64,000 bases of DNA from an archaeon. Its GTDB lineage: Archaea > Nanobdellota > Nanobdellia > Pacearchaeales > GW2011-AR1. Under the pieces are notes generated by a model that was given only the letters and a program-made list of their open reading frames with translations, was not told where the DNA came from and searched no databases. Within the stretch, counting starts at the first letter, position 1. Every line of letters starts with the position of its first letter. Of this stretch, positions 8,927 to 18,623 are shown one piece after another. Made by a program: the position numbers and the translations under genes. The stretch lies in assembly GCA_009992215.1 (NCBI GenBank), contig JAACWB010000005.1:16676-80675 (forward strand). Reading direction: 5' to 3'.

Positions 8927-9598
8927 TTATTTCTTTGCTATTTTTTTAGTTGATTTAATTGGTTTTTTAGCTTTCTCTTCGTTTTCTTTTAATTTTGCAA
9001 TTAAAGAATCTGCTAATTTAATTCTATCTTTTAATACTGCTTCTGGAGGCATGATTGAAACTTTTACACCAACAATTCCTGGTTTTGTTCCGGCAACTGC
9101 TTGTGCTTTATCAACTGCTTTTGATGAGTCACCTGTTTTCTTCAAGTAACCTTGAGCGAAACGCCATGTTTTTGCTCTCGATGAAGGTAATTTTCCACTT
9201 AATCTAATTTCACAACCAAGTGCTCCAGCTTTCATGATTTTTTGAAGAGCTTTGTAAGCTAATACTTTGAATTTCATTGGTCCAAATCTTTCAAGACCAA
9301 GTGCAATATCATCAGCTACTAATTGTGAATCAAATTCTGGTTTTTTAATTTCATCTATTTCAATATGAGGATTTTCTAATTTAAAATCTCTTTTTAACAT
9401 CATAGTTAATTCTTCAATTTTTTCTCCACCACGACCAATAACTAATCCTGGTTTATTTGTTGAAACAATAATTTTTTCACCAACAGGAGTGTATTCGATT
9501 CTTACTTTAGAAACTTTACCTTTTCCAATTTCTAATTTGATTCTTTCTCTTACTTCGAATTCATCTTTCTTGAATTTAACTGTATTTTTTTCTTCCAT
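8927..9598 (-). CDS. rps3: 30S ribosomal protein uS3
   Basis: KH-domain pattern VSTNKPGLVIGRGGEKIEELT; synteny L22-S3-L29. Confidence 0.9.
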   Translation of the reverse strand: MEEKNTVKFKKDEFEVRERIKLEIGKGKVSKVRIEYTPVGEKIIVSTNKPGLVIGRGGEKIEELTMMLKRDFKLENPHIEIDEIKKPEFDSQLVADDIALGLERFGPMKFKVLAYKALQKIMKAGALGCEIRLSGKLPSSRAKTWRFAQGYLKKTGDSSKAVDKAQAVAGTKPGIVGVKVSIMPPEAVLKDRIKLADSLIAKLKENEEKAKKPIKSTKKIAKK

Positions 9599-9599
9599 T

Positions 9600-10175
9600 T
9601 TATTGTTTTTTCTTTTCTTGTTTAATTAATTTTTTTTCTTTCGCAACAATTACGATGTGTGTTCTTTTCTTTCTTGCTCGTCCACCTTTTGCGTAAGTTG
9701 TTGTTCCTTTGTTTGCAATTGCTTCACAAATAACTGCTTCTTCTAAGTCGTGTTGGTTTGCGTTTCCTTGCAAGTTTCGAATTAAAACTATGAATTCTTT
9801 AGCTGCACGTTCAGGAAATCTTCCTGCCATAATTTTACCTTTTCTATGTGGAATTTCTCCTTTCATTGGTACGGCTTTTTTTAGTTTTGTTACTTCGATT
9901 AAATCATCAATTGCTTTTTGTATTTTTTTGTTTTTGATGAATTTGCAAATTGAAACTGCAGTTTTTGTTGAAACAGGCATTCCAAGGTTAACTGCCTTTA
10001 CTTCATTTCTCTTAACTTTTTTTATTTCAACTTTTTTCTTTTCAGCTTTTGTTTCTTTTTTTGTTTCAGTTTTTACAGGAGCTTTTTCAACAGCTTGTTT
10101 TGTTTCTTTTACAACTGGCGCTGTCTTTTTCTTTTCTGCTTTACTTGTTGGTTTTTCAGTATTTGTTCCTGCCAT
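9600..10175 (-). CDS. rpl22: 50S ribosomal protein uL22 with a Lys/Thr/Glu-rich N-terminal extension
   Basis: Core MPVSTKTAVSICKFIKNKKIQKAIDDLIEV...AGRFPERAAKEF. About 60 aa of low-complexity sequence precede it. Confidence 0.85.
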   Translation of the reverse strand: MAGTNTEKPTSKAEKKKTAPVVKETKQAVEKAPVKTETKKETKAEKKKVEIKKVKRNEVKAVNLGMPVSTKTAVSICKFIKNKKIQKAIDDLIEVTKLKKAVPMKGEIPHRKGKIMAGRFPERAAKEFIVLIRNLQGNANQHDLEEAVICEAIANKGTTTYAKGGRARKKRTHIVIVAKEKKLIKQEKKKQ

Positions 10176-10176
10176 T

Positions 10177-10557
10177 TTATTTCTTCTTCACCTTTTCATC
10201 TTTATTGTGTCTTGCTCTTACTCTTGTTGGTGCAAATTCACCAAACTTGTGACCAAGCATTTCCATTGTAATTTCTACTGGAACGAAATCTTTACCGTTG
10301 TAGATTTGTAATTTTATTCCAATTAATCCTGGAACGATTATCAATGTTCTATTGTGAGTTCTAACTGCTCTTTTTCCTTTAGCCAATTGATTGTTTGCTC
10401 TTTTTACAAAGTTTTCATGTTCTTGGAAATTTCTAAGTACAGTTCTTCTTTGTCTTGAACGTAGTAATTTAGCGAACTCTCTTACGTCTAAAGTTTTCAA
10501 CTCTTCTAGAGTTTTACCCTTGAACTTCAATTCTTTTTTCTTTACTTCCATTTCCAT
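10177..10557 (-). CDS. rps19: 30S ribosomal protein uS19
   Basis: IVPGLIGIKLQIYNGKDFVPVEITMEMLGHKFGEFAPTR. Confidence 0.9.
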   Translation of the reverse strand: MEMEVKKKELKFKGKTLEELKTLDVREFAKLLRSRQRRTVLRNFQEHENFVKRANNQLAKGKRAVRTHNRTLIIVPGLIGIKLQIYNGKDFVPVEITMEMLGHKFGEFAPTRVRARHNKDEKVKKK

Positions 10558-10558
10558 T

Positions 10559-11257
10559 TTATTTTCTCTTTCCTGTTTGTCTTGGCCTGATTAAACCTAC
10601 TCTTGCACCTGCCGGAGCATTTCTCTTTGCAATCTTACTCTTAGGGTTCTTTCCTCTACCTGAACCGAATGGGTGATCAATTGCGTTAACCTTTAGAGCA
10701 CTTGTTCTTGGCCATAATTTACTTTTTGTTTTCTTAATGAAATATTGTTTACCCGCTTTAACAATTGGTTTGTCTACTCTTCCTGCACCAGCAATAACTC
10801 CAACGATAGCTTTACAATCTCCGTTGAATTTCTTTTCCTTTTTTGAAGGCATGATTAAGTAAACATCATTACCCATTACTCTATTTACTACTGCTGTATT
10901 TCCACCTGCTTTAATGAATTTTCCTCCATCTCCAGGTCTTGATTCAACACAGTAAACTTTTGTCTTTACAGGCATATCTTTTAATTTTAAAATGTTACCG
11001 TTTTTAATTTCTTTGCCTTCGAAAGAAATTTTTTCTCCTTCAAACATGTTTTTGAAAGCTGGAATATAAAATGATCCTTTTTCTGAATTAACTTTTGCTA
11101 AAGGGCAAGTGTGTGCTCCTGAGTTGAAAAGTTTTGTAACTTCTCCAACACCAGTTAAGTTTGATGCGAATTGTAATTTGTATCTGAAAGCTTTCTTACT
11201 TACTCTATAAGTTGAACTTCCTTTTCCTCTAGCTTGTTGAATAATTCTCTTTCCCAT
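10559..11257 (-). CDS. rpl2: 50S ribosomal protein uL2
   Basis: NAIDHPFGSGRGKNPKSKIAKRNAPAGARVG. Confidence 0.95.
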   Translation of the reverse strand: MGKRIIQQARGKGSSTYRVSKKAFRYKLQFASNLTGVGEVTKLFNSGAHTCPLAKVNSEKGSFYIPAFKNMFEGEKISFEGKEIKNGNILKLKDMPVKTKVYCVESRPGDGGKFIKAGGNTAVVNRVMGNDVYLIMPSKKEKKFNGDCKAIVGVIAGAGRVDKPIVKAGKQYFIKKTKSKLWPRTSALKVNAIDHPFGSGRGKNPKSKIAKRNAPAGARVGLIRPRQTGKRK

Positions 11258-11258
11258 T

Positions 11259-11495
11259 TTACATTAATCCTAATTTAGTTGCAATGTCAATTGCCAAAGT
11301 GTCTCCTTTTAATTTAACATATACATATTTTTTGTTATTCTTAATTAAAGTTCTAATTTTTTCAACTTCTACTTCGAATAATTCTTTAATTTCATTTTTA
11401 ATTTGTTCTTTAGTTTCACGCATTCCTGTTTCGAATGTTAATGTGTTACTTGTTTCAATCATCATTACAGCTTTTTCTGTTAATACTGGCCTCAT
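11259..11495 (-). CDS. rpl23: 50S ribosomal protein uL23
   Basis: LTEKAVMMIETSNTLTFETGMRETKEQIKNEIKELFEVEVEKI. Confidence 0.9.
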   Translation of the reverse strand: MRPVLTEKAVMMIETSNTLTFETGMRETKEQIKNEIKELFEVEVEKIRTLIKNNKKYVYVKLKGDTLAIDIATKLGLM

Positions 11496-12289
11496 TTGAA
11501 TTTTTCTCCTAATTCTTTAATTGCAGTTTCTGTATAAAGAGTTAATCTTCCTACTCCACCGTTAGCTAAGTCATTTACTCCTAATTTTTGAGTAGTTTGA
11601 ACATCGAATGCAGTTGTTTTTATTTTTTCTTCATTTCCAACAACAAGTAGTAAACCTAGAGTTGATTTATATTTTCTTCCTCGAAGTTTTCCAAGTCCGC
11701 TTCTAATTGATTTCTTTTGAATTGCTACTTCATATAAGTTTTCACCTAAAATAGCTTTAAGACTTTGTAACATTTCTTTTGCTTTTAATTCAGTGAATTT
11801 TGATTCAACTACAAATGGAACATTTTCAATTTTTTGTCCATTTAATCTAGCATATCTTTTTGCAATCAAGTCGCCAATTGTTGTAGCTGTTAATGCTGAT
11901 TTTAAGGCTATAGTTAATTCTTTTTTGTTTATACTTGGTAATCCAATCATTGAAGCTACTTTTGGAGGATGTGCTCTTCTACCACCACGAGTGTTTGGTA
12001 CAGTTGCACCAACCCATTGGAATTGAGAACCTCTTCTTGACATTTGTTTACGTGGAATTCTTGACATTCCCCTACCATATTGTGATTTCCAAACTTTTCT
12101 ATGATGTTTTAACACACCGCTAGCTGAAGCTTGATTTCCTGCCATTGGCCCTGGACCGTATGGTTGTTTTACTTTTTTAGCTTCGATTATTTTTTGAATT
12201 AAATCTGTTCTAATTGATTCAGTAAAGCAATTTGGTAGAGCCAAATCCTTTACTTTTTTTCCTTGTACGTCTAATAATTTTGTTTTCAT
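11492..12289 (-). CDS. rpl4: 50S ribosomal protein uL4
   Basis: GRGMSRIPRKQMSRRGSQFQWVGATVPNTRGGRRAHPPK. Confidence 0.9.
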   Translation of the reverse strand: MKTKLLDVQGKKVKDLALPNCFTESIRTDLIQKIIEAKKVKQPYGPGPMAGNQASASGVLKHHRKVWKSQYGRGMSRIPRKQMSRRGSQFQWVGATVPNTRGGRRAHPPKVASMIGLPSINKKELTIALKSALTATTIGDLIAKRYARLNGQKIENVPFVVESKFTELKAKEMLQSLKAILGENLYEVAIQKKSIRSGLGKLRGRKYKSTLGLLLVVGNEEKIKTTAFDVQTTQKLGVNDLANGGVGRLTLYTETAIKELGEKFK

Positions 12290-12290
12290 T

Positions 12291-13229
12291 TTATCTTAAT
12301 TCAATTAATTCATGTTTTTTCTTTAATTGCTTTTTAGTTGGTCTAAGAGCTTGTGTTAAAACAATTTGTCTTTTTGCTGGCCCTTGAACTGAACCTTCTA
12401 AAATAATGTAATCAGTTTTAATGTCTCCGTAATTCTTGATTCCTTTGAATTTGTCTTCTGCTTTTCCTAAATCTAAAACTTTGTTATTGTAAACTACTCT
12501 TGTAAACATTCCTAATTGTCCTGCTTGAGGTACTCTAAAAGTAACTCTTGCTGGATGCCATGGTCCAAGTGAACCTGGTCTTCTTCGTCCTTTTTCTGAT
12601 TTTTGATTCTTTAATTGAATACCAAATCTTTTTACTGGACCTTGAAGTCCTTTTCCTTTAGTTACTCCTCGTAAATCTACTAATTGTCCTGATTCAAATA
12701 CATCAGCAACAGTAATTTCTTTTCCAATTTTTTCTTTTGCAAAAGCTAATTTATCTTCGTAAGTTCCGTTCAAACCTAATTCAGTAATGTCTGGAGTTTT
12801 TTTGAGTCCAGTCTTTTTTACTTGAGAATATGCAATGATTCTAACATCGTCGTATTCTTCAGGTTTAATTGAATCTAATTTCTTTTGAGTTTTTGGTAAT
12901 TTTACTAATTTTTTTAATTCCTTATCTAAACCTTCACCTAAAATTTCTGTTTTTACAATTCCGTCTTTGTATAAACGTACTGAGAAAATTTTCATTGATG
13001 GACATTCAAGAATTGTTACTGGAAAAACTTTCTTTTTTCCTTTAGTCATTGAGTGTTCAGTTGAATCATCAAGGTAAGCTGATTTCATTCCTGCCTTGTA
13101 TGCGATAAATCCCTTTAATGTTTTTTCAGATTTAATAGCATCCCAATTAATTGTTGGTAGAATTTTTGCTGCTCGCTTTCTTGGCCAGAATTGTAGGCTT
13201 CCTTTTCTTGGTGATTTTCTTGTTACCAT
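12291..13229 (-). CDS. rpl3: 50S ribosomal protein uL3 (first gene of the superoperon)
   Basis: RKGSLQFWPRKRA...GVTKGKGLQGPVKRFG...GQLGMFTRV. Confidence 0.95.
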   Translation of the reverse strand: MVTRKSPRKGSLQFWPRKRAAKILPTINWDAIKSEKTLKGFIAYKAGMKSAYLDDSTEHSMTKGKKKVFPVTILECPSMKIFSVRLYKDGIVKTEILGEGLDKELKKLVKLPKTQKKLDSIKPEEYDDVRIIAYSQVKKTGLKKTPDITELGLNGTYEDKLAFAKEKIGKEITVADVFESGQLVDLRGVTKGKGLQGPVKRFGIQLKNQKSEKGRRRPGSLGPWHPARVTFRVPQAGQLGMFTRVVYNNKVLDLGKAEDKFKGIKNYGDIKTDYIILEGSVQGPAKRQIVLTQALRPTKKQLKKKHELIELR

Positions 13230-13370
13230 TTTGTTTTAATATTGACATAATCACAAGTGAGAAATAAGTTCAACTGAGTTGAAGGATTATTTTTACACTC
13301 ATAGATTTCAGAGTCAATCCGTGTTTACAAGTAAACTAAAATTTAGTTTACAATAATTTAGATAAAATTA

Positions 13371-13387
13371 GGTTTATAAAAGTTTCG
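13371..13387 (-). promoter_or_regulatory. Candidate BRE/TATA promoter of the L3-L15 ribosomal operon
   Basis: Minus strand reads CGAAACTTTTATAAACC. A near-identical element lies upstream of rpl1 (24707-24724). It sits about 145 nt upstream of the rpl3 ATG, implying a long leader. Confidence 0.45.
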
Positions 13388-13460
13388 TACACAAAACTTT
13401 AGCTGGAAGCTTGAAGAAAAGAGAAAAAATAAAAAGTTGATTTTTTATTCATATATTATA

Positions 13461-13868
13461 ATGAAAAAATCAAACAATCTTGAAAAAGTTATTTTGCTGA
13501 ATTGGCGTGGAGCTGAAAATGCATATGAGATATACCCTGATGAATATTCCTTGCATCTCAACGAAAATTTGATGATGGAATATATTAAAGAAGAAATGAT
13601 GAAATGTGATTTTGATAATATGTTTTGGTGGATGATATCAAAACTTCCAAAACAAAAATCAGACGTATTTTCAAAAGAGTATTATGATCCAACGGAAGAA
13701 AAAGAACTTGATTTGGAATTACTTGATTATACTTTTGTCAACGTGAATCAAGAGTTATACAAGAAAATTCAAAATTCAGGAAAAGGGCTTTATACTAAAA
13801 ATATAGAATTTAGTGACAATGTCGTTAATCTTTCTTCTGTGATGAATAAACCGTATTATGTTAGATAA
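13461..13868 (+). CDS. Hypothetical protein (start moved to the first ATG, MKKSNNLEK...)
   Basis: The track ORF starts at a TTG (13437); the first ATG is at 13461. No recognisable domain. Confidence 0.45.
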   Translation: MKKSNNLEKVILLNWRGAENAYEIYPDEYSLHLNENLMMEYIKEEMMKCDFDNMFWWMISKLPKQKSDVFSKEYYDPTEEKELDLELLDYTFVNVNQELYKKIQNSGKGLYTKNIEFSDNVVNLSSVMNKPYYVR

Positions 13869-13888
13869 GTTTATTATCTATAAACCTT

Positions 13889-14335
13889 TTATTTTTTAAG
13901 GGTCTTTAATTCTAATTCTCCAATTGATTCTACTAATTTCTTATTTTCTCCTCTTGGAATTTTTTTATAAACTTCTTTTATTCTATTCCAAAAAGTTTTT
14001 CCCAAATCTAAATCCTGTTCAAAAGAATTTTCTTTCAACCAACTTTGCAAACGATCTAATTCGTAAACCTCGCTTGTAAACTGAAAATCATCAACTTTAT
14101 CCAAATTATGGCTGTATGTGAAGAAAACTAAATACATATTTTGGTGTTTGTAATCAAATTCTTTTTCATTAACAAGAACTAAATAGGTACGCCCATAATT
14201 CTGAAAAAATAATCCCTGATATTCATTTGAAATTTTTTTTGGTCTAAGCTCATGGATTTTTGCTCTTTTTAGATTATCAAAACCTTCACCACAAATATCA
14301 CAATAATGTTTAGTTTCAGTTTTTACCATTAACAA
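13889..14335 (-). CDS. Hypothetical protein with an N-terminal C2H-type zinc-finger-like motif
   Basis: YCDICGEGFDNLKRAKIHE gives CxxC-x12-H, but no second His at the canonical spacing. Confidence 0.45.
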   Translation of the reverse strand: MLMVKTETKHYCDICGEGFDNLKRAKIHELRPKKISNEYQGLFFQNYGRTYLVLVNEKEFDYKHQNMYLVFFTYSHNLDKVDDFQFTSEVYELDRLQSWLKENSFEQDLDLGKTFWNRIKEVYKKIPRGENKKLVESIGELELKTLKK

Positions 14336-14369
14336 ATCAAAGTTTTAATCTTTTTAAGAATTATTGTGT

Positions 14370-15071
14370 TCAAGCAGTAAAAGGATATTCTTTTTCTGAC
14401 TTAACATCATCAATGTTTGTTATTCTGACAATCTTTCCTTGTCTTTTTGCCATTTCTCTAATCTTTGCAAAATCTTTTTCATCAGTCTTTGGAAGAATTA
14501 TACTTTCAATTACAAAGTTGTGTTTTATTTCTGCTTTTTTAAAATCGTCTTTTTCAAATACGAACGATTTTCCAATTTCTTTGTCATTTGTGATTAATTT
14601 ACAGAAGTCTGCTTTTGGTTCTTCATCTCCTTTTCCTGGTTTACCTGACTTTGGAGCTTTGTCTTTAATTTTTAGAGTATTATTTTCATCAACATTGAAT
14701 GTTAATCCAAAAAAGGATTTTGGAAATTCGTTAAGTAAAGAAACTAATTCATCACCAGACATTTCTTTATTTATCATATATCTTTTAACTCCTTGAAATT
14801 GTTTTAAATCTTCAAAGTCTAATCTTGTCTTTAAATCAGAAGTGGAAACAATTGCTCCAGTTACTTTAGTTTTTGTGCTTCCTAGTTTTTTTGCCATCAT
14901 CAAAACTAATTCATTACCAAATTCTGAAGAAGTATTAATTGTGTATTTGTCTTTTGTTTTTTTTGCCTTAACTACACCTCTGTCCTTGAAAAGGCCTTTT
15001 GAAAATTTTTGAAATTGAATGTGTGTAAATTCATCCATATTTCCTTCAATTGCTTTTTTTATGAAATTCAT
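14370..15071 (-). CDS. Hypothetical protein (233 aa), Lys-rich, unassigned
   Basis: Complete ORF. TATA-like AAAAGTTTATAAGAC on the minus strand (15093-15107) about 25 nt upstream of the ATG, suggesting a leaderless transcript. Confidence 0.5.
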   Translation of the reverse strand: MNFIKKAIEGNMDEFTHIQFQKFSKGLFKDRGVVKAKKTKDKYTINTSSEFGNELVLMMAKKLGSTKTKVTGAIVSTSDLKTRLDFEDLKQFQGVKRYMINKEMSGDELVSLLNEFPKSFFGLTFNVDENNTLKIKDKAPKSGKPGKGDEEPKADFCKLITNDKEIGKSFVFEKDDFKKAEIKHNFVIESIILPKTDEKDFAKIREMAKRQGKIVRITNIDDVKSEKEYPFTA

Positions 15072-15175
15072 GTAATAGAGAAATTATTTTGTCTTATAAA
15101 CTTTTCTTGAATTTTTTTGCAAAAACATAAGTAACCTTTATTAAGAAAAAATTGTTTTATATAATAGGTGTAAAT

Positions 15176-16249
15176 ATGGCAATGGATAAAAGTTATTTGA
15201 GAAAGGTTACGTCTCTTGTAATTCTTGCAGTATTAATTGTTCTTTCTTATTTTTTACTTAAACCTATTTTAATGTCAATAATTACAGGAATTATCCTTGC
15301 ATTTATTTTCTTACCCGTATTTCAAAAAATAAATAAAAAAATTCCCTCAAGAAACGTCTCGGTTACCATAGTTTGTATTCTTTTAATTTTACTAATTGTA
15401 ATTCCTGTTTGGTTTTTGACACCAGTTTTACTTAATCAGTCAATTGAAATTTTCCTAGCTTCACAAAAAATTGATTTTGTGACTCCCCTACAAAATGCTT
15501 TTCCAAAATTATTTTCAATTGGAACATTTTCAAATGAAATCACTTCGGTAGTTTATAGTTTTATTACAAAAATTACTAATGGTGCAATGAATATGATTTC
15601 AAAGGTTCTTTTGAATTTTCCAACTTTATTTTTACAATTTCTTGTAACTTTTTTCACCTTTTTCTTTGTTCTTAGAGACAGCGAGAAATTTGTAGAGTAC
15701 ATTCAAAGTTTACTTCCTTTCCCAAAAGAAATTGAAACTAAATTGTTTAAGTCTTCTCGTGACATTACATTTTCCGTTTTATATGGTCAAGTAATTATTG
15801 GTATTTTGCAAGGTATTTTTGCTGGAATTTCCTTTTTCTTATTTGGTGTTGGAAATGCTTTGTTCTTGACATTACTTGCAATTATTGCTGGAATTTTCCC
15901 AATCATTGGTACAACTGTTGTTTGGATTCCTGTGGCTATTTATTTATTTGTTAACGGACAACTTTGGCCTGCAATAGGAGTTACATTCTTTGGATTAATT
16001 GCTTCCTTTTTTGAAAATGCCGTTAAACCGGTATTTGTTTCAAAGAGAACAAATGTTCACTCGAGTATAATTTTACTTGGAATGGTTGGAGGATTATTTA
16101 TGTTTGGAATTTTAGGTGTAATTTTAGGTCCACTTATCCTTGCTTATCTGTTAATTGTTCTTGAAATTTATAGAGACAAGAGAACTCCGAGTTATTTAAT
16201 ACAAAATCCAGAAGATCAAGAGATAGATATAAAAATGGGTTATTTCTAA
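15176..16249 (+). CDS. AI-2E family transporter (PerM/UPF0118-like membrane protein)
   Basis: Multi-TM protein with LTLLAIIAGIFPIIGTTVVWIPVAIYLF, typical of the AI-2E family. ATG at 15176 is preceded by AGGTG. Confidence 0.75.
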   Translation: MAMDKSYLRKVTSLVILAVLIVLSYFLLKPILMSIITGIILAFIFLPVFQKINKKIPSRNVSVTIVCILLILLIVIPVWFLTPVLLNQSIEIFLASQKIDFVTPLQNAFPKLFSIGTFSNEITSVVYSFITKITNGAMNMISKVLLNFPTLFLQFLVTFFTFFFVLRDSEKFVEYIQSLLPFPKEIETKLFKSSRDITFSVLYGQVIIGILQGIFAGISFFLFGVGNALFLTLLAIIAGIFPIIGTTVVWIPVAIYLFVNGQLWPAIGVTFFGLIASFFENAVKPVFVSKRTNVHSSIILLGMVGGLFMFGILGVILGPLILAYLLIVLEIYRDKRTPSYLIQNPEDQEIDIKMGYF

Positions 16250-16268
16250 GTATAATTAGAGGTGAAAA

Positions 16269-17744
16269 ATGCAATTAAAGATTAAGACATCCGAATGGGC
16301 TGCAGGAATTCCTGTTTCCATGTTGAATCACAAGACAGCACAAAAGTTAGGTGTTCATGCAGGGGACAGAATAACAATTAAAACTATTTCTAAAAATTCT
16401 AAACAAATGACAACAATTGTTGACACTGTTGATAAATTAGTTGGGGCAAACCATATTGCTGTTTCTGAAGAAGTAAAAAAAATATTATCTTTAAGAGAAG
16501 AACAGACTGTGGATGTTTCTTTTATGGATGCTCCTGAAAGTGTTAATTACATAAAGAAAAAATTAGTTGGAGAGGAATTGACTCATGATGAAGTAAAATC
16601 AATTATTGCAGATGTTGTAAATAATACGCTATCCGAACCAGAAGTTAGTGTTTTTGTTTCTGCAATGTATAAAAATGGTATGACTTTCAAAGAAACTGTT
16701 GCTTTAGTTGATGCCATTTTGTCTTCGGGAAAAACACTTTCTTTTAGAAATAAATATGTTGTTGACAAACATTGTATCGGGGGAATTGCTGGAAACAGAA
16801 CTACACCAATAGTTGTTTCAATTTGTGCAGCTGCTGGTCTTACTTTTCCTAAAACTTCTTCAAGGGCAATAACATCTGCTGCTGGAACTGCTGATTGTAT
16901 TGAAGTTTTGAGTCCCGTTGAATTTAGTATGGATGAATTAAAAAAAATAGTCCAAAAAACTGGGGCTTGTCTCACTTGGGGAGGAGCGCTTGGAATGGTT
17001 CCTGCCGATTCAAAAATAATTAAAGTTGAAAAAATGTTAAAGCTTGACCCTGCTGCACAACTTTTGGCTTCAATTATGTCAAAGAAACTCGCTGCTGGAA
17101 GTAAATATATTTTAATTGATATTCCTTATGGAAAAAAAGCAAAGGTTTCTTTAGCGAAAGGAAAAATGCTAAAGAGAAAATTTGAACAATTAGCAAGACA
17201 CTTCAAAGTCAAGATTAAAGTTATTTTGACAAAAGCTACAGAACCAATTGGGAATGGTGTTGGTCCTGCTCTTGAAATCCGTGATGTTATGAATGTTTTA
17301 AATCCAAAAAAAGAAGGACCTCAAGACTTAGAAAAAAAGGCAATTTATTTGGCTTCTGAAATTTTTGAGATGACTATTTCAAAAAAAGGAAAAGGAAAAG
17401 CTTTAGCAAGAGAGATGCTTGAAAGCGGAAAAGCGTGGAAAAAGTTTCAAGAAATAATAAAAGCACAGAATGGAAGAGTGAAAGAAATTATTCCTTCAAA
17501 AATTTCTCATACTGTTTGTTCTCCGAAAAAAGGAAAAATAAAAGATATTGATAATCATTTAATTAATTATCTTGCAAGAGTTGCGGGTTGTCCGATGGAT
17601 AAATATTCAGGAGTTTATTTGCATCACCACATCGGAGACAAAGTTAAACACAATGAACCATTACTTACAATTTATGCTGAATCTAAACCAAGACTTAAGG
17701 AAGCACTAAAGTATTATGAAAATAAAAAACCAATAAGGATTTGA
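16269..17744 (+). CDS. deoA: AMP phosphorylase (archaeal thymidine-phosphorylase-family DeoA)
   Basis: About 490 aa. N-terminal extra domain MQLKIKTSEWAAGIPVSMLNHKTAQKLGVHAGDRITIKT, then VDKHCIGGIAGNRTTPIVV (glycosyl-transferase family 3 core). This is the archaeal AMP phosphorylase architecture. Confidence 0.8.
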   Translation: MQLKIKTSEWAAGIPVSMLNHKTAQKLGVHAGDRITIKTISKNSKQMTTIVDTVDKLVGANHIAVSEEVKKILSLREEQTVDVSFMDAPESVNYIKKKLVGEELTHDEVKSIIADVVNNTLSEPEVSVFVSAMYKNGMTFKETVALVDAILSSGKTLSFRNKYVVDKHCIGGIAGNRTTPIVVSICAAAGLTFPKTSSRAITSAAGTADCIEVLSPVEFSMDELKKIVQKTGACLTWGGALGMVPADSKIIKVEKMLKLDPAAQLLASIMSKKLAAGSKYILIDIPYGKKAKVSLAKGKMLKRKFEQLARHFKVKIKVILTKATEPIGNGVGPALEIRDVMNVLNPKKEGPQDLEKKAIYLASEIFEMTISKKGKGKALAREMLESGKAWKKFQEIIKAQNGRVKEIIPSKISHTVCSPKKGKIKDIDNHLINYLARVAGCPMDKYSGVYLHHHIGDKVKHNEPLLTIYAESKPRLKEALKYYENKKPIRI

Positions 17745-17780
17745 GGTAATTTTTTTAAAGTAGCTTTCTTTTAATTTTAC

Positions 17781-18074
17781 ATGCGTAGATTAGATTACAA
17801 ACATCAATTAGTAGATTACTTCAAAAGAAATCTTGCAAAAAAGTATAATCATGATACTCTAAAGTTTGCATTGATTAGTCAAGGTTACTCGAGAGTTGCG
17901 GTTCTCCAAGCTTACGAAGAAGCAATAAAACAAATGAGTGAAGATGCTCCAGTTCTAAAAGAAAAACCAATTATTAGACATGAAATTTATGACATGAATA
18001 ATAAATTGATTCATCCTGAACCGATGGGGCATTGGGAGAAGTTCTGGCTTAGACTTAAGGGGAATAGGATATAG
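17781..18074 (+). CDS. Hypothetical protein (97 aa)
   Basis: ORF only; no motif recognised. Confidence 0.35.
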   Translation: MRRLDYKHQLVDYFKRNLAKKYNHDTLKFALISQGYSRVAVLQAYEEAIKQMSEDAPVLKEKPIIRHEIYDMNNKLIHPEPMGHWEKFWLRLKGNRI

Positions 18075-18155
18075 TTGGTAGTTTGAAATGAATAGCTAGA
18101 AGAATTTTTGAAGAAGAAATGTTTTGGGTTAAGGAAAAAAATAGATAAGTAATGT

Positions 18156-18455
18156 TTAGAAATTTTTATCAATAACTTTGTTTCTTAAATCAAATAAATT
18201 ATCAATTGTTTTTCTTATCTTGTTTGAAAATTTTGTTGGATGTGGAGAAAGATGAGGCAGATAATTATATTCAATGTCTCCTAGTGATTGCTCTGAATTA
18301 AGTAAGAAGGATAAATAATAAACAAGGTCTTCATCATCTTTTATTAACCTTATTGAATTTATTCCAGGGATATTATGTGATAAATTATATTTCACACCTT
18401 CATTTTTAGAATTCCAATAAATTCCAATTTTTCTAATTTCTTTTTCTTCAGACAT
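18156..18455 (-). CDS. Hypothetical protein (99 aa)
   Basis: ORF only; no motif recognised. Confidence 0.35.
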   Translation of the reverse strand: MSEEKEIRKIGIYWNSKNEGVKYNLSHNIPGINSIRLIKDDEDLVYYLSFLLNSEQSLGDIEYNYLPHLSPHPTKFSNKIRKTIDNLFDLRNKVIDKNF

Positions 18456-18543
18456 GATAATATGCTCAATTAATTATTTTTAATTATTTGTATTATGTGA
18501 ATAGACAACTTTTTAAACAAAAACCATTTCAAATTAATTGTAT

Positions 18544-18623
18544 GCCTCCATCGCATAGTGGTATTGCACCGGACTTGAGATCCGGGCCCTTTGGGCTCGC
18601 AGGTTCGATTCCTGCTGGGGGCG
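18544..18623 (+). tRNA. tRNA-Ser (anticodon TGA), class II with long variable arm, no encoded CCA
   Basis: Hand fold: acceptor GCCTCCA/TGGGGGC, D arm GCA-TAGTGGTAT-TGC, anticodon arm CCGGA-CTTGAGA-TCCGG, variable arm GCCCTTTGGGCTC, T arm GCAGG-TTCGATT-CCTGC, discriminator G. Confidence 0.85.

Noticed and set aside
4198-12123. Numerous plus-strand ORFs of 60-200 aa antisense to the ribosomal protein genes (for example 4198-4575, 5630-6085, 8379-8792, 9709-10311)
   Set aside because: Their products are Phe/Leu/Ser-rich low-complexity sequences, as expected from reading Lys/Glu-rich AT-rich genes backwards. Each lies fully inside a confidently identified minus-strand r-protein gene.
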